Source: Proteromonas lacertae
Lineage: Eukaryota
NCBI GenBank assembly: GCA_002245135.1
Contig: NGBS01001160.1
Span: 682,001-746,000 of the forward strand
Length of the DNA stretch: 64,000 nucleotides
Direction of reading: 5' to 3'
Part shown: piece after piece, positions 63,079 to 64,000 of the stretch
Numbering within the stretch: the stretch's first letter is position 1
Layout: each line of letters opens with the position of its first letter
Position numbers and translations under genes: made by a program
Notes under the pieces: model-generated
The model's database searches: none
What the model was told of the DNA's origin: nothing
What the model saw: only the letters and a program-made list of their open reading frames with translations

Positions 63079-64000
63079 CTATACTTTAGTTCCACGCTTC
63101 TTCACTGGAGCTTTCGATGCTCCACCATGACTTGATTTTACTCTACGACAATAGCAAATTAAACAGCAAACTACAAGAATAATTAACACACCAACAGCTG
63201 CAGCAACACCAATTATGATATACATTGTAGTATCATCTAATCCTTCTTTTTTAGCTTCAGGAGGTTTTGGAACTACTACTTGTTGTATAGGCGCTTCAAT
63301 TTCATTTAATACACTACTCAATTTAGAAGATGTTAGTCTATTACCTAGCGTTGCTTTATATTTGTCTGAGAATGTCTTTTTAGCTTGGAAATTAGGTAAA
63401 TTTTCTTCAACTCTTGCTTGTGTAACTGTTTCTTTATCTGTTACTATATAAGCATTGAATTCTACTGATTCATCAACAAGAATTCTTCTTCTTCCATTAC
63501 TTTTCACTGCAACTACTTGAACTCGATTTTTACAATTATCTTTTATACCTAAAACTGCACAAATACCTTGTCTTAATCCTTCGATATCTTCCATTAATAA
63601 ATCATCTATTGTTACATTCTTTGCTGTAAATTTAAAAACTACTGTCAAATTATTTTCTTCATTATGAATAATTGGATTTGTACAGTTAGTTGTTAATAAA
63701 TCACTCCAAATACCACCACTCAAACATTCTATTCTTTGATTTCCTATTTTACCATCTAAACATGGTGAATCAAATTTAGATCCTTTCACAGATGTTGGAT
63801 AAATACCTTTTGCAACACATCGATAATCATCAGCAATATACACCATCAAAGGAAATGGATCAGATTCTTTATTACCTGTAGATGCTGTAATACCAATTAT
63901 TTGAATATTATCTATAGGATTAGTTGATGTTGGAATTCCTTTTATTGATCCATCAGTTGGATTACCACTTACACCATCTGGTAAATTTTCAAATGTCCAT
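63079..64000 (-). CDS. Putative-Ig repeat type I surface protein, array copy 3 (3' part only)
   Basis: Near-identical to 53266-54187 except for one variable patch. Confidence 0.88.
   Translation of the reverse strand, partial: WTFENLPDGVSGNPTDGSIKGIPTSTNPIDNIQIIGITASTGNKESDPFPLMVYIADDYRCVAKGIYPTSVKGSKFDSPCLDGKIGNQRIECLSGGIWSDLLTTNCTNPIIHNEENNLTVVFKFTAKNVTIDDLLMEDIEGLRQGICAVLGIKDNCKNRVQVVAVKSNGRRRILVDESVEFNAYIVTDKETVTQARVEENLPNFQAKKTFSDKYKATLGNRLTSSKLSSVLNEIEAPIQQVVVPKPPEAKKEGLDDTTMYIIIGVAAAVGVLIILVVCCLICYCRRVKSSHGGASKAPVKKRGTKV

Noticed and set aside
203..63079. Stop codons created by polyadenylation
   Set aside because: Every complete gene I could trace has a genomic stop at a plausible C-terminus.
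54265..63451. Short plus-strand ORFs within the Ig array
   Set aside because: Antisense to well-supported coding exons, and repeated only because the host genes are duplicated.
1..64000. Prokaryotic origin, tRNA/rRNA genes or CRISPR arrays
   Set aside because: Spliceosomal introns occur throughout; no GC-rich structured RNA gene or repeat-spacer array was recognised.

Overview
Very AT-rich, gene-dense eukaryotic DNA with many short introns (mostly about 25-50 nt, GTA...TAG) and the standard code: TAA, TAG and TGA all act as stops. Intron size, TGTTTGTT-like 3' elements, an expanded putative-Ig surface family and a candidate minor intron suggest an AT-rich Blastocystis-like (opalinatan stramenopile) protist; this is an inference. 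About 24 genes are reconstructed: HAD hydrolase, TMEM87-like 7TM protein, two HTH paralogs, GH38 alpha-mannosidase, kinase-LRR pseudokinase, Tim17-family protein, CEP57-like, a giant 9x periplasmic-binding-domain class C GPCR-like receptor, Ulp1/SENP protease, HxxxDG acyltransferase, CEP295-like, CBM20-TPS-TPP, ArsB-like permease, FAM32A, Miro, two mucin-like genes, PSD, kinesin-14, and three tandem Ig-repeat surface proteins. Highlights: (1) a roughly 3,800-aa receptor with nine tandem UrtA/AmiC-like ligand-binding domains on a class C 7TM; (2) a probable U12-type AT-AA intron in the mannosidase; (3) a roughly 290-aa lectin-like insertion in that mannosidase; (4) patchwork gene conversion in the surface-protein array; (5) two centriole proteins. 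Family calls come from motif recognition by eye, not from database searches.
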